Below are positions 19,301 to 27,103 of a stretch of 64,000 nt of DNA, piece after piece. Origin of the DNA: an uncultured Prolixibacteraceae bacterium (GTDB taxonomy: Bacteria > Bacteroidota > Bacteroidia > Bacteroidales > FEN-979); assembly GCA_964455285.1 (NCBI GenBank), contig CAYVVG010000007.1:1751-65750 (forward strand). Reading direction: 5' to 3'. The first letter of the stretch is position 1. Each line of letters begins with the position of its first letter. A model generated the notes under the pieces. That model saw nothing but the letters and a program-made list of their open reading frames with translations. It searched no databases and had not been told where the DNA came from. A program made the translations under genes and the position numbers.

Positions 19301-19954
19301 TACGTTCCCAACAACCATGACCAGGTGTCGTGTGTGCTCACCTCCAACTATGCCTGTCCATCGGGCAACCCGGCTACCTCGAACGTGATCACGATGGCCG
19401 TGCTGAATCCGGCCAACACCGTGACAGGGACCGTTCCGGCTCCGTTGACGTTGTGCTTCGACGCATCGAATACGGTAACTGTGGCGGGTGGCGGCAACAC
19501 CTTTATCGTGCAGAGCGGGGCCGGCGCGACCATGATCGCGGGGCAGAAGATCAGCTACCTGCCAGGAACCCGGGTGTTTCCGGGAGGATACATGCACGGG
19601 TACATCACCACGACGAACCAGTACTGCGGAGCGGTCCCGCCGGCCTCGCCGGTAACTGTCGCAGGTGGTAACGACGCCGGTGAGATGGATCCCGGGTTCG
19701 TCGATTCGCCCTGGTTTGCCCTCTACCCGAACCCCACGAGCGGGCGGTTCACCCTGGCACAGAAGGCCGGAGATGGAAACGGCATGCTGCAGGTGGAAAT
19801 GATGGATATGCGTGGCAGCCGGATTCTATCGGAGCAAATGAAGGGCGAACGATCGCACGTGTTCGATGTAACCGGGCTGCCGGCCGGGATCTACCTGGTG
19901 CGGGTGGTGAAGGACGACCATGTCGAGACCTTCAAGCTGGTGCTGAGCCGGTAG
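13343..19954 (+). CDS. giant S8 subtilase (kexin-like P-domain, 2 x GEVED, beta-helix repeats, Ig-like repeats, T9SS CTD)
   Basis: Signal peptide MRIHLLFLALFLFVAGGTPAQ. Triad contexts GEWDGGGV, HSTHVAGTI, DGTSMATPNTTG. P-domain-like ..VNDLDMRLIG..DNVETINL..YTIRITHKG. GYGETEDYTIQV and TYGEVEDYTLNL (GEVED). Long G/N/T-rich beta-helix region. CTD FALYPNPTSGRFTLAQ...GIYLVRVVKDDHVETFKLVLSR. Confidence 0.9.
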   Translation: MRIHLLFLALFLFVAGGTPAQNRSLNTQPDPDRERLLRMAESFDQRFLLRRAELERVAREKGWTLREETNEGVTEIQFIDERGFPQAYRTTNLNAGRTTNTDDIWVGGSTGLNLTGSGYVVGEWDGGGVLTTHQEFDNGAGTRVTQVDGPVASHYHSTHVAGTIIAEGQVAAAHGMATQALLNAYEWTNDVAEMTTAAANGLTLSNHSYGWNRGWNSSGGNMYWWGDPSVSATEDYLFGFYDASSQAWDQIAYNAPNYLIVKSSGNDRNDAYTGSHYVYNGASWVLSNAVRDPDGGADGYDCIEQQGVAKNILTIGAVNDIPAGWSSSASVVQSAFSSWGPTDDGRIKPDLVANGVGVYSTTNTGNTDYTTLDGTSMATPNTTGTLVLLQSYYQSLRGGTMSAAALKGLVINTANEAGPANGPDYQNGWGLLNASGAAALITADNTQGGRIVQGILVNGQTTDYTYYCDGTTNVNVTLSWTDPAGTPPAASLNPTALMLVNDLDMRLIGSTTTNPWVLNPASPSTAASKSDNFRDNVETINLLSPAAGYYTIRITHKGALSGGQQAYALIVNGMRTAPTGTYCAARSTSWASFEFISKVVMGSISNTTGRSPGGYHDYTGMVNKLVKGATQSLSVTINGYASDYGRVWIDWNQDGYFTGAGEEYVLGSGAGPVYSINITAPMNAVVGFTAMRVRLGYSVAPTACGTTGYGETEDYTIQVQSGCDAGGGCDEYISRVQAGSIDNSTGCSGYADYTATHSTSLPVNGIVHVTVTNGVSLYSADQCGIWVDWNRNGSFLDAGEQVTVTGTPGSGPYAAAVVPPSGQTTGIVTMRVRITYTGAVGPCGSTTYGEVEDYTLNLTAQVPNQWVGNISNDWFDPLNWSLEHIPATTEDVTISTGYLYYPIIGSGVGVCNNLTVGSGARISVGNGDLSIAGNMDIYGQAEETSVNSDFVVGGNILWQSGSTANILAGEFWVTGNWEFRSGANANLANGIVVFDGATASNIRNYTAACSFASIYNYKSSGGYVNFSGMSTDTTKINGNLVNFYTSSLTESYSSYPVVLKGGFTNSGNLQCVYGTFIFNGTSHTINLNTGDFFNHLVINSSGSTSLADSLRVHGNLTIRSGSLAAGAFPIIIEGNWTNQVGPAGFDEGTGKVVFDGPGHQYVLSDETFNILEASMGAALRVASVSHTVSCNQYLWTSGGIDVLAGTFTALDLVQNGLYGGFWLNPNGTINLYNNDGWVDLNGEIHIYGGNFNVYGGNGSASFWPYAANGIIEMNAGTLDFKNTGILVYNTGTYSLTENITGGTIRTAGSFLVNRADYTPSGGTTELYGATDAGVETTNGGYLYHLIINKGVADGSSIPGPAMVRDRFTGWVTDAPASNTVGATNLLDVNGNMLIQSGIFNAGLQTIQVAGNWTNLAGTGGFLEGTSTVVFDGADWKSVTTPEDFYNLTLNKTYPSAGALVLTGNCNVANDLTASDGAFTLSSSVSLNVDGNLTIAVNGALSANPGSVISVAKNWFDGNTTAYSANHGFNPVECTVIFDGNADQFVTAANPSEMFYHLVINKASGKFRSNNNAHCFGNVTITSGTWEDNVAGLDHQIFGNFTTGASGVFNTTTMANTVTFTGLQHSILTYNGASGSLRNIEVFKGIGFSVMQAGNINLPSGGNLTIHQGYYILSGNQLSVSGDVAVNNAGYLYMGAGSTLVMTDARSISINAGGRFEGIATISNPAIVRANVGSARYNFNINSGGTISTNYCLFRNMGTAGVNVTAGGFVDVANAFFGCGFQDGAIGGTLLTIDNGQVLTIRNAIFPANTWSGTSNVSKNVNAGQVYFVDYTGGFSGESFDNDPNNRVSWVPALTASASATPPSICAGSSSQLNTTVTGGLAPYGYQWSPGTGLSGTTLANPVATPNTSRTYSVTVTDALGTTATGNVTVTVTPVLPVSVSIAASANPSPPGNFVMFTATPVNGGSLPSYQWKVNGVNAGTGLPTYSYVPNNHDQVSCVLTSNYACPSGNPATSNVITMAVLNPANTVTGTVPAPLTLCFDASNTVTVAGGGNTFIVQSGAGATMIAGQKISYLPGTRVFPGGYMHGYITTTNQYCGAVPPASPVTVAGGNDAGEMDPGFVDSPWFALYPNPTSGRFTLAQKAGDGNGMLQVEMMDMRGSRILSEQMKGERSHVFDVTGLPAGIYLVRVVKDDHVETFKLVLSR

Positions 19955-19967
19955 GCGCCCGGTGTTT

Positions 19968-21278
19968 TTAATACACCACGGCCTTCCGCACCCGGACATG
20001 ATTTCCCGAGGTACCTCTGACGGTATAGACACCCGCCGGCCGGCCGGAAAGATCGATCACCGCCTGCCGGGTGCCGGGACGGTTTGAGTAAATGAGACGG
20101 CCTCCCGGGTCGGACACGGTGAGCGATTCCATATCCACCGGGGCGGAAACCACCAGTCGGCCGGAGGTGGGATTCGGGGATACCCGGAGGCTGACGGACA
20201 AGCCCGGGTCTTCCAGCCCCATTACCGTGTGGTAGCAGTAATATCCGCTGTCACCCTGCAGCACGTACTCCCCGGTGTAATGCCAGTCTTTGTTGGAATA
20301 GGCAGTGGTGAAATTATTTTCATCGAACCGGGAAAGCGACTGCCTTGAATTAATCCAACTACCGTTGTCCCATGCCTGTCGCAGGATTTCAGTTTGATTG
20401 TGCCCCTCATCGTAGGTGTAAAGAGTCTGCATGAAATCGTGCCACAACCCTCCATTGTAAAGTTGTGCCAGCATGCGGATGAGATCGGCGGCACCGTTGT
20501 AGGTGTAAAAGTGCTGGCTTGTGCTGGTCCAGGCGGTGTCATGCCAGTATTGTATTAGTTCCTTTTCGAGCAGGTTGTTACTGTTATAACTGTATATTGC
20601 CCTGTCCCAATCCTGCCAGTGTGTGCCGTCCCATTCCTGATGGAGGTATGACGTGATCTTTCCCAGGTTGTTGTAGGTGGACTGGTCCCGCGAATCATTG
20701 TACCAGGCGGAATTGTTCCATCGCCGGGTAAAATGTCCGGTCAGGTTGTAGCTTTCGTCGTAGGAATACAAGGTGAGTTCCGAGTTTATCCAGGTTGTCC
20801 CGTCCCAAAACTGATACAGGTAGCTCTGGAGGTAGTTGCCGGCATCATAGGTATATGCAAGACGCAACAAGTTTCTCCAGTCCGAATTATCCCAGTCCTG
20901 GTAGATTCGCTCCACCAGGTTATTTGAGGCATCATACGTGTAAAGGTAACGGTAGCTGTTCGTCAGGACACTGCCGTTAAATTGCTGCATCAGGTAAGAT
21001 GTCACGGAATGGTAATCATTATAGGTATAGGTTGTTTTGGATTTCTTTGCCCACCTGTCATCGTTCCAGATCCACATGATTGCATCCAACCGGTTGTTGT
21101 TTGCGTCGTAGTGGAAGTCGGACTCCTTGTTCCGGAGCCTCCACCCCGGCGAGGAGGTATCCCAGTCCCAAAAGAAAGATCTATCCACAATCCGGACCGG
21201 CTCGCGAAGATCCCGGGCGGACTGAGCGCACAGGATCAATGGAACCAGCAGAAAAAAGAATAACATCCTGATTTTCAT
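19968..21278 (-). CDS. T9SS-secreted YD-like repeat protein (paralog 1)
   Basis: Signal peptide MKIRMLFFFLLVPLILCAQS. About 10 copies of a roughly 24-aa repeat (W.N....YTYD..NN......Q.WDG..W). CTD LRVSPNPTSGRLVV...GVYTVRG. Confidence 0.85.
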   Translation of the reverse strand: MKIRMLFFFLLVPLILCAQSARDLREPVRIVDRSFFWDWDTSSPGWRLRNKESDFHYDANNNRLDAIMWIWNDDRWAKKSKTTYTYNDYHSVTSYLMQQFNGSVLTNSYRYLYTYDASNNLVERIYQDWDNSDWRNLLRLAYTYDAGNYLQSYLYQFWDGTTWINSELTLYSYDESYNLTGHFTRRWNNSAWYNDSRDQSTYNNLGKITSYLHQEWDGTHWQDWDRAIYSYNSNNLLEKELIQYWHDTAWTSTSQHFYTYNGAADLIRMLAQLYNGGLWHDFMQTLYTYDEGHNQTEILRQAWDNGSWINSRQSLSRFDENNFTTAYSNKDWHYTGEYVLQGDSGYYCYHTVMGLEDPGLSVSLRVSPNPTSGRLVVSAPVDMESLTVSDPGGRLIYSNRPGTRQAVIDLSGRPAGVYTVRGTSGNHVRVRKAVVY

Positions 21279-21289
21279 GGCTTGAAATC

Positions 21290-22711
21290 TTATTGATGGA
21301 TGATCTTTCTAACGAGTGAACGGAGGCCGGAGGTCACCTTCACCGTGTAGAGCCCCGCCGGCCGGCCTGAAAGATCGATCACCGCCTGCCGGGTGCCGGG
21401 ACGGATATTATGTATGGTAATGCCTCCGGGCGAGATGACTTCGACGGCATCGAGTGTACTTTCACTGCTGATCACGAACCGGCCCCGGGAAGGGTTGGGG
21501 CTCAGGGTGATCATTCCGGCGCCGGCCGGAAGGTCATGGATCCCGGTCACGGTATGATAATAGGAATAGCTGCTGTCGCCGTAAGTCACCTTGTCACCGG
21601 CGCTGTTCCATTCTTTGTATGAATAGCTCTTCTCGACATTGTCGTTGTCGTAGGCGGAAAGCGCCTGATATTCATTTTGCCACGCAGATCCGTTCCAGGA
21701 CTGGTACAGCGATCCCGTCGGGTTATGATTGGCATCGTAAGCATAGAGTCCCTGCCAGTAATCCTCCCATGCGCCGCCGTACCACTCCTGTCCCAATTCC
21801 CTGACCTGGTCATTCCAGGCATCGTAGAAGTAATACCATTGGGTGGAATTCTCCCAGCTGGTCCCGTTCCAATGCTGGTCAAGTTCATAGTTCACAAGGT
21901 CGCTGCTGTTATAGGTGTAAGTTCCCTGGATATCGTTCACCCATTCATTGCCATCCCAATCCTGGTTCAGGTAAGCGCTGATGTTGCCCGTCGAGGTGTA
22001 CGAGTAGAAATAGCGGTAGATGTTCTGCCAGGCGCTTCCATCCCACTGCTGGTAGAGGTAACCGGTACGGTTGTTATTGGCATCATACGAATAGAGCCAC
22101 TGCCAGTAGTTCACCCAGTCGCTTCCGTTCCAGGTACGGTAAAGGTAGCTTGTGCGGTTGTGGTTCTCGTCGTAGGTATAGCTCCTGTAAGTTACGTTCA
22201 TCCAGGAGTTGACATACCAGCCCTGGCCAACCCGGTCGGTCAGGTTGTTCCATGCGTCATACCCATACAGCGTCTGGCTGGAATTTTCCCACCCGGAACC
22301 GTTCCAGGACTGGGCCAGGTCGCTTGCCAGATAATTGCCGGATGTGTAAGTATGCGCGTAGCGGTAGCTGTTTTCCCAGGCGGTTCCGGTCCATGACAGG
22401 TAGATGCTGCTGAGCAGGTTGTGGTTCCAGTCGTAGGTGAACGCATTTTCTTTCGAATAGATTTTCCAGCCCGGTATCAAAGTGTCCCATTCCCAGTAAA
22501 AGATGCTGTCGTAAACCTGGATCAGGTCCCGCGGTGCGAGCGGCAGCATATCGTCGCTGCCTTCGCAGGCCGGGGGAAGTCCCGGTTTCGTGTGCCGGGC
22601 GGATTCCATCTTACGGGGCAGTTTTTTCCCGGCGTTCATTCCGGAATAGATCCCCTGCGACATGACCAGCAGGGGGAGGCAAAGGGCCATCAGGGAGAGT
22701 GCTTTTTTCAT
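21290..22711 (-). CDS. T9SS-secreted YD-like repeat protein (paralog 2)
   Basis: Signal peptide MKKALSLMALCLPLLVMSQG. Same repeat as paralog 1 (YSYDANNNRTGYLYQQWDGSAWQN etc.). CTD ITLSPNPSRGRFVI...GLYTVKV. It lies 11 nt upstream of paralog 1. Confidence 0.85.
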   Translation of the reverse strand: MKKALSLMALCLPLLVMSQGIYSGMNAGKKLPRKMESARHTKPGLPPACEGSDDMLPLAPRDLIQVYDSIFYWEWDTLIPGWKIYSKENAFTYDWNHNLLSSIYLSWTGTAWENSYRYAHTYTSGNYLASDLAQSWNGSGWENSSQTLYGYDAWNNLTDRVGQGWYVNSWMNVTYRSYTYDENHNRTSYLYRTWNGSDWVNYWQWLYSYDANNNRTGYLYQQWDGSAWQNIYRYFYSYTSTGNISAYLNQDWDGNEWVNDIQGTYTYNSSDLVNYELDQHWNGTSWENSTQWYYFYDAWNDQVRELGQEWYGGAWEDYWQGLYAYDANHNPTGSLYQSWNGSAWQNEYQALSAYDNDNVEKSYSYKEWNSAGDKVTYGDSSYSYYHTVTGIHDLPAGAGMITLSPNPSRGRFVISSESTLDAVEVISPGGITIHNIRPGTRQAVIDLSGRPAGLYTVKVTSGLRSLVRKIIHQ

Positions 22712-22765
22712 GGGTTTTGAGTTTTTATCGGAGAATTAACTTCATGGAGACGGACAGGAGGATCA

Positions 22766-24796
22766 CTATCGCCGGGTTTTCGTATAGAGGTTGAAAAGGG
22801 GTATGTCGACCACGAGCGAAGCGCTGTAGCGCCAGCTGGTGTTGTTGCCGTACTTGTTGATGCGCGAGCCGTCGGGCTGCAGCACATTCACTTCGCGCAG
22901 GTTGGGGCCCACCTGAAGGCCGAGGTTCAGCGACAGCGGGCAGCGTGGAAATCCGACCGACAGGAAAAGCCCGGGGGCGACAATGTCGCGGAGATGGATG
23001 GTCGGAACCTGGTCGACGGTTTCAGAGTGTTCGAACCGGAAGGCGGCCAGGGCTCCGACATCGATCAGCGAAGCGAAGAGGGAGTAGGACCAGTGGCCTT
23101 CGTTCTCCGGCCACAGGAACAGGAACGAGTGTCCTCCCGTGCTCACGGCGACCCCCACCGGGGCGGCCACCCCGTAGGTGTTGACCGAAAATCCGCCCTC
23201 CTCATAGCCGCTGATATGTTCATACCCCAGGAACAGTCCCGCATATGCGTTGAGCGATACATTCCAGGCCGATTCGCGCTTGATCCTCGAACTGCCCGAA
23301 GGAAGGGCGGCCGCCTCGATGGCCTGGCTGACTTCACCGGAGGTTTTCGCCGTGGCGACGGAGGAGATGAAGGCCCCGTATTTCGCCAGCTTTGCCAGGA
23401 CTTCGGTGGAATTCCCTGCGGCATCGGTTTCCGGACCGGTGCGGGCGAGCCGGTATATGTTCACCAGGTGGTTGACGGAAGCCGCGTAATTTTTCCGCAG
23501 GATCGAAGTGGTGAGGTCGCCCGTTTCACCCGCCAGGCGGAAACAGATGTCCAGCCTGTCGGGAAGGGTCACTCCGGTCACCTCGCTGAAATGAGGCAGT
23601 TCCGCAGCCCGGGTGCCATATTCGACAAGGTCGGCCGAAGCCCTGAAATAGCGGGCATAAAATTCAAAAGAGGCTGAATCGTTCTTCGGATCGGGAGCGT
23701 TCCGGAGCATCGTGCTCAACGCGTCGGTTTTCCGGGCAAAGCCGGTCACAAAATCCCGCCAGGCCGGGTAGTCGCTGCCGACGTCGATTTTCTCCAACAA
23801 TTCCGTCAGCGATCCCTTTTCAAAGGGGATGTTTTCGTACCGGTCGCTCTTTGCCATCTGGTACACCAGTCCCAGATAAAGCTGGAATGCATTCCTGTTG
23901 CGGAGCAGGAGAAGGACCTGGTCGGGGCCAATCCAGTACTGACCGCTCTCCGGGGAGGGATTTTGCAACGAAGCGCTGAGCAACTGCAGGGTCTGGATGG
24001 CCCCGCTCCAGTTGCGGTCGAAATATTCCGTTTCTCCGGGTTTGATCAGGTATTCGAGGGGATAATCCGCGAGAATGTCGCCGGGATGCTGCCGGTCGCG
24101 AAGCGAGCGCGAGAGGTAGCAGGCCGCATTCAGTCCGGCGGCGAGGCCGAAATGGGTCCGGAAGAAATCCGGATTATTTCCGATCAGCCCGGGAAGATGC
24201 GCATCGAGTGTCACAAGGTCGGCCAGGAACGCTTCCCGCAGGTTCTGGATATAGCGGTTGTAATCGTAGATCTCGCTGCCGATCGCAGTCAGCAGCATAT
24301 GGGTGTTGGGAAACAGCACGCAGATATCGGTGAACCGCGGCGACTCCAGCGTTTCCCGGAAACGGGTGAAAAAGGCCACGTTCAGCTCCTCTTTGGTCCT
24401 CGTCACCAGGAACCGGGCGAGTCCGTCGGCGATCGTGGTCACATCGATCCCCCCCAACGCCCCTCCCGGACCGGCAAACATTTCCGTTCCATCCTTTGCC
24501 GGCGACAGGGTGAATCCGCCCCCCGAACTCATGGAGGCGATGCGGGGCAGCGAAAGAAAAGGGTTGGAGGCGAACCGGAACCAGAGCGAGGAGTAGGTGG
24601 TGACCGTATCTTCGTATTTCCGCAGGATATTACTGATCACGACGCTGTCGCCGAGGTTGAAGGTGACCTTCCCGTCGAGGATGAGGCTCCGGCCGCTGAG
24701 AGCCAGTGCATCGGCGGCAGGGTGCTGGCCGGAGAGTCGGCCTGCGGCACACAGGAGCAGGATCAGGGAACCAACAAGGAATTTCTTCATGGACAT
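22766..24796 (-). CDS. secreted 676-aa protein of unknown function (last gene of the 27652-22766 cluster)
   Basis: Signal peptide MSMKKFLVGSLILLLCAAGRLSGQ. The central part looks helical, and the last ~180 aa look beta-rich with alternating hydrophobic residues. No motif recognised. Confidence 0.8.
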   Translation of the reverse strand: MSMKKFLVGSLILLLCAAGRLSGQHPAADALALSGRSLILDGKVTFNLGDSVVISNILRKYEDTVTTYSSLWFRFASNPFLSLPRIASMSSGGGFTLSPAKDGTEMFAGPGGALGGIDVTTIADGLARFLVTRTKEELNVAFFTRFRETLESPRFTDICVLFPNTHMLLTAIGSEIYDYNRYIQNLREAFLADLVTLDAHLPGLIGNNPDFFRTHFGLAAGLNAACYLSRSLRDRQHPGDILADYPLEYLIKPGETEYFDRNWSGAIQTLQLLSASLQNPSPESGQYWIGPDQVLLLLRNRNAFQLYLGLVYQMAKSDRYENIPFEKGSLTELLEKIDVGSDYPAWRDFVTGFARKTDALSTMLRNAPDPKNDSASFEFYARYFRASADLVEYGTRAAELPHFSEVTGVTLPDRLDICFRLAGETGDLTTSILRKNYAASVNHLVNIYRLARTGPETDAAGNSTEVLAKLAKYGAFISSVATAKTSGEVSQAIEAAALPSGSSRIKRESAWNVSLNAYAGLFLGYEHISGYEEGGFSVNTYGVAAPVGVAVSTGGHSFLFLWPENEGHWSYSLFASLIDVGALAAFRFEHSETVDQVPTIHLRDIVAPGLFLSVGFPRCPLSLNLGLQVGPNLREVNVLQPDGSRINKYGNNTSWRYSASLVVDIPLFNLYTKTRR

Positions 24797-24814
24797 GTGA
24801 GTTGACAGGATGGA

Positions 24815-25870
24815 TCAGGAAAAGAGGTCTTTCACATTCAGGATCTTTCCGAAGGGGGCCGGGGTGGCGCGATCCGCCAGGAGCCGGGGCAGGAGGGCGG
24901 CGCCCGCGGAGGGATCCTCCCTCCTTAGCTTTTCAAGCAGCAGGGCGCATATCCCGGCCACATATGGCGTCGCCTGGCTGGAGCCGGAAAGGGTGGCGAA
25001 TCCGTTGTCCGGGTAGGTGGAAAGGATGTTGTGTCCCGGCGCGAAGATCATCGTCTCGCCTGTCAGCAGCGAATCGCCGAGAGCCAGGTTCCGGTCGTCG
25101 ATGCCGCCGACGGAGAACACCCCGGGATAGCGGGCCGGGTAATAGATATGGTCGGAAGGAAATCCCGCGATCCTGTTCCCCGCCGCGGCGACCACGAGAA
25201 TCCCGGCGCCGGTGGCCTTTGCCACGGCCTCTGCCAGTTCTTTATGCCCGACGGGATCCCCCTTGCTTACCGAGATGATATCGGCCTTAAACGTGGTGGC
25301 CCATTCGATGGCTTTGACCAGGAAGCCAGGCCGGTCGCCCTGCTGGTCGTGCGTTACCTTGCCGACCAGCAGGGTGGAACCGAAAGCGATGCCTGTCGGA
25401 CCACGGCCGTAACCATATCCCTTGATGATCCCCGCGCAATGGGTCCCATGTCCGCTCAGGTCGGCGACTCCCGACGAACTGCCGGTGCAGTCGGTAAACA
25501 GTGCCGGATCCAGGTCGAGGTGGTCGTGGGGGTACGCAATGCCGGTATCCAGGACGGCCACGCGGATCCCTTTCCCGGTGAACCCTTTATGCCAGATCTC
25601 AGGGATGCCGAAACCTTTCAGCCAACCGTACTCCTGGTCCCCGGACAAGATCTTTTCGCGGATGGAGCCGGTTTCGATCCCCCCGCTCCAGTAATAGTTC
25701 CCTGCGTTGTCTTTCATCCAGAGATCGATGCCGTCGTAAGGATCGCCCGGGTAAAAGTTCCCGTCGACCACCAGTTCGCTGCCCGGTGCGAGGTACTGGT
25801 AGCAGGGGGCGTTCAGGCTGGGTCTCCCCGTACGGACGTTCAGGTATTTCGTGACGGTGACTTTCATCAT
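24815..25870 (-). CDS. S8 subtilase with N-terminal bacterial SH3-like domain, no signal peptide
   Basis: KYLNVRTGRPSLNAP...DLWMKDNAGNYYWSGGI (SH3b-like). Triad contexts RVAVLDTGIAY, GHGTHCAGIIKG, LSGSSQATPYVAG. The start overlaps the upstream stop (ATGA at 25867-25870). Confidence 0.85.
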   Translation of the reverse strand: MMKVTVTKYLNVRTGRPSLNAPCYQYLAPGSELVVDGNFYPGDPYDGIDLWMKDNAGNYYWSGGIETGSIREKILSGDQEYGWLKGFGIPEIWHKGFTGKGIRVAVLDTGIAYPHDHLDLDPALFTDCTGSSSGVADLSGHGTHCAGIIKGYGYGRGPTGIAFGSTLLVGKVTHDQQGDRPGFLVKAIEWATTFKADIISVSKGDPVGHKELAEAVAKATGAGILVVAAAGNRIAGFPSDHIYYPARYPGVFSVGGIDDRNLALGDSLLTGETMIFAPGHNILSTYPDNGFATLSGSSQATPYVAGICALLLEKLRREDPSAGAALLPRLLADRATPAPFGKILNVKDLFS

Positions 25871-27051
25871 CCGTGGATTTTGGGAGGGGAAATTCCGCTT
25901 TCCGCTTTCCCTTGCTTTGACGGAGAGGGGGTTGAAGAGGCAGCCACCTGGTTACGCACCTTCACCAGTTTGTTCAGGAGGTCAAACCAGAAGGGAGCGC
26001 CCAGTGAGATGGCCAGGGCCGTGAGGATCCAACCCACCACCGACCACAGGATGCACCGGATGTCGCACGGGCCGCAATCGAAACTTCCGGGACCCAGTCC
26101 CAGCACACTGTTCACTTTCCCGATGTCGGACCGAAGCAGGGAATCGGCCGCATCGATCAGCGAATCCCGTTTGACGGCCAGTTTCGAAGCCAGCGCCACC
26201 GCGATGGAATCTTCGGCCCGTCTTTGCGCAAGACTGTCGAGGGTGGCCGGGGGGAGGTTCCCGCCAGTCATTTGCCGGCGCAGGGCGCTGAGTTCGGCCT
26301 GCTGGCGGGCCAGGTCCTGGTCGAGGGTGGGATGCGATTTTGCAAAGGCATCGGCCTGTTGCACGATCGCTTCCCGAAGTTTCGGGTCTTTCTCCAGTTT
26401 TCCCACGATCCGGAGGGTATCGATATTGAAAACGATGGCCAGTCCGAGCCCGATGAAGAAGAGGATGAACTGGGTCTTCCGTTTGTACCACCCCGTGGCG
26501 CGTTCCATGGTCTCGTCGAACCAGTTCTCCAGGGAAGCCCGGAACTGGTCGACGCTTCCCTGGGCGTCGGTCCACACCGATTCGAGGTATTTGACCGTTT
26601 CGGGGCCGATCGCCGCCTGTCCCCAGAGGGTTTGTTTTTGGGCAAGCGCCTTTTCGATGAGCGGGCGAAGGTCGGCTCCAGGCCTGATCTTTTCTCCCCG
26701 CAGAAGGTCGATGATCACCTTCGAGAAGGATTCCCGCTTGAGGTAGGCGGGTTTCCCCGAGCGGTTGTTCTCGCCCAGGAAGGTGATGAGCGGGTGGCGG
26801 TAAAAAGAGTCGACCGCCCGTTTCCCGTCTCCTCCTGCCGTGGAGGGACGGAACAGCGCCCAGAGGCCACGCCACCGGGCGACGGTTCCTTCCCCGTCCT
26901 CCAGCATGCGGACAATCGCCTGTTCAAGGACCTTGGCGCGGAAGTTGCACGCGGTGGCGATCATTTCCTGGAGGATGGTGGCCAGCAGGCTGTAGAGAAG
27001 GTAGATGAATACCAGCCCGATGACGACATCCAGAATGCCTGTGTTGAACAT
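25867..27051 (-). CDS. 394-aa membrane protein, three predicted TM helices and coiled-coil segments
   Basis: TM candidates ILDVVIGLVFIYLLYSLLATIL, FILFFIGLGLAIVF and ILWSVVGWILTALAISLGAPFWFDLL. The long helical stretch ..LDQDLARQQAELSALRRQM.. lies between TM2 and TM3. Confidence 0.8.
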   Translation of the reverse strand: MFNTGILDVVIGLVFIYLLYSLLATILQEMIATACNFRAKVLEQAIVRMLEDGEGTVARWRGLWALFRPSTAGGDGKRAVDSFYRHPLITFLGENNRSGKPAYLKRESFSKVIIDLLRGEKIRPGADLRPLIEKALAQKQTLWGQAAIGPETVKYLESVWTDAQGSVDQFRASLENWFDETMERATGWYKRKTQFILFFIGLGLAIVFNIDTLRIVGKLEKDPKLREAIVQQADAFAKSHPTLDQDLARQQAELSALRRQMTGGNLPPATLDSLAQRRAEDSIAVALASKLAVKRDSLIDAADSLLRSDIGKVNSVLGLGPGSFDCGPCDIRCILWSVVGWILTALAISLGAPFWFDLLNKLVKVRNQVAASSTPSPSKQGKAESGISPPKIHG

Positions 27052-27103
27052 AGAGAATGGTTTTTGATGATGGTTCCGTTAACTGATCCGTTGAATTTCA
27101 AAT

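Noticed and set aside
19968-22711. Reading the YD-like repeat proteins as Rhs/polymorphic toxins
   Set aside because: There is no Rhs core (PxxxxDPxGL) motif, no C-terminal toxin domain and no immunity gene. The C-termini are T9SS sorting domains.
25031-26746. 571-aa plus-strand ORF across the S8/3-TM genes, with 25982..26875, 26224..27156 and 26961..27467
   Set aside because: These are antisense or out of frame relative to genes with catalytic-triad and TM signatures. Their composition is Arg/Pro/Gly-biased and low in information.
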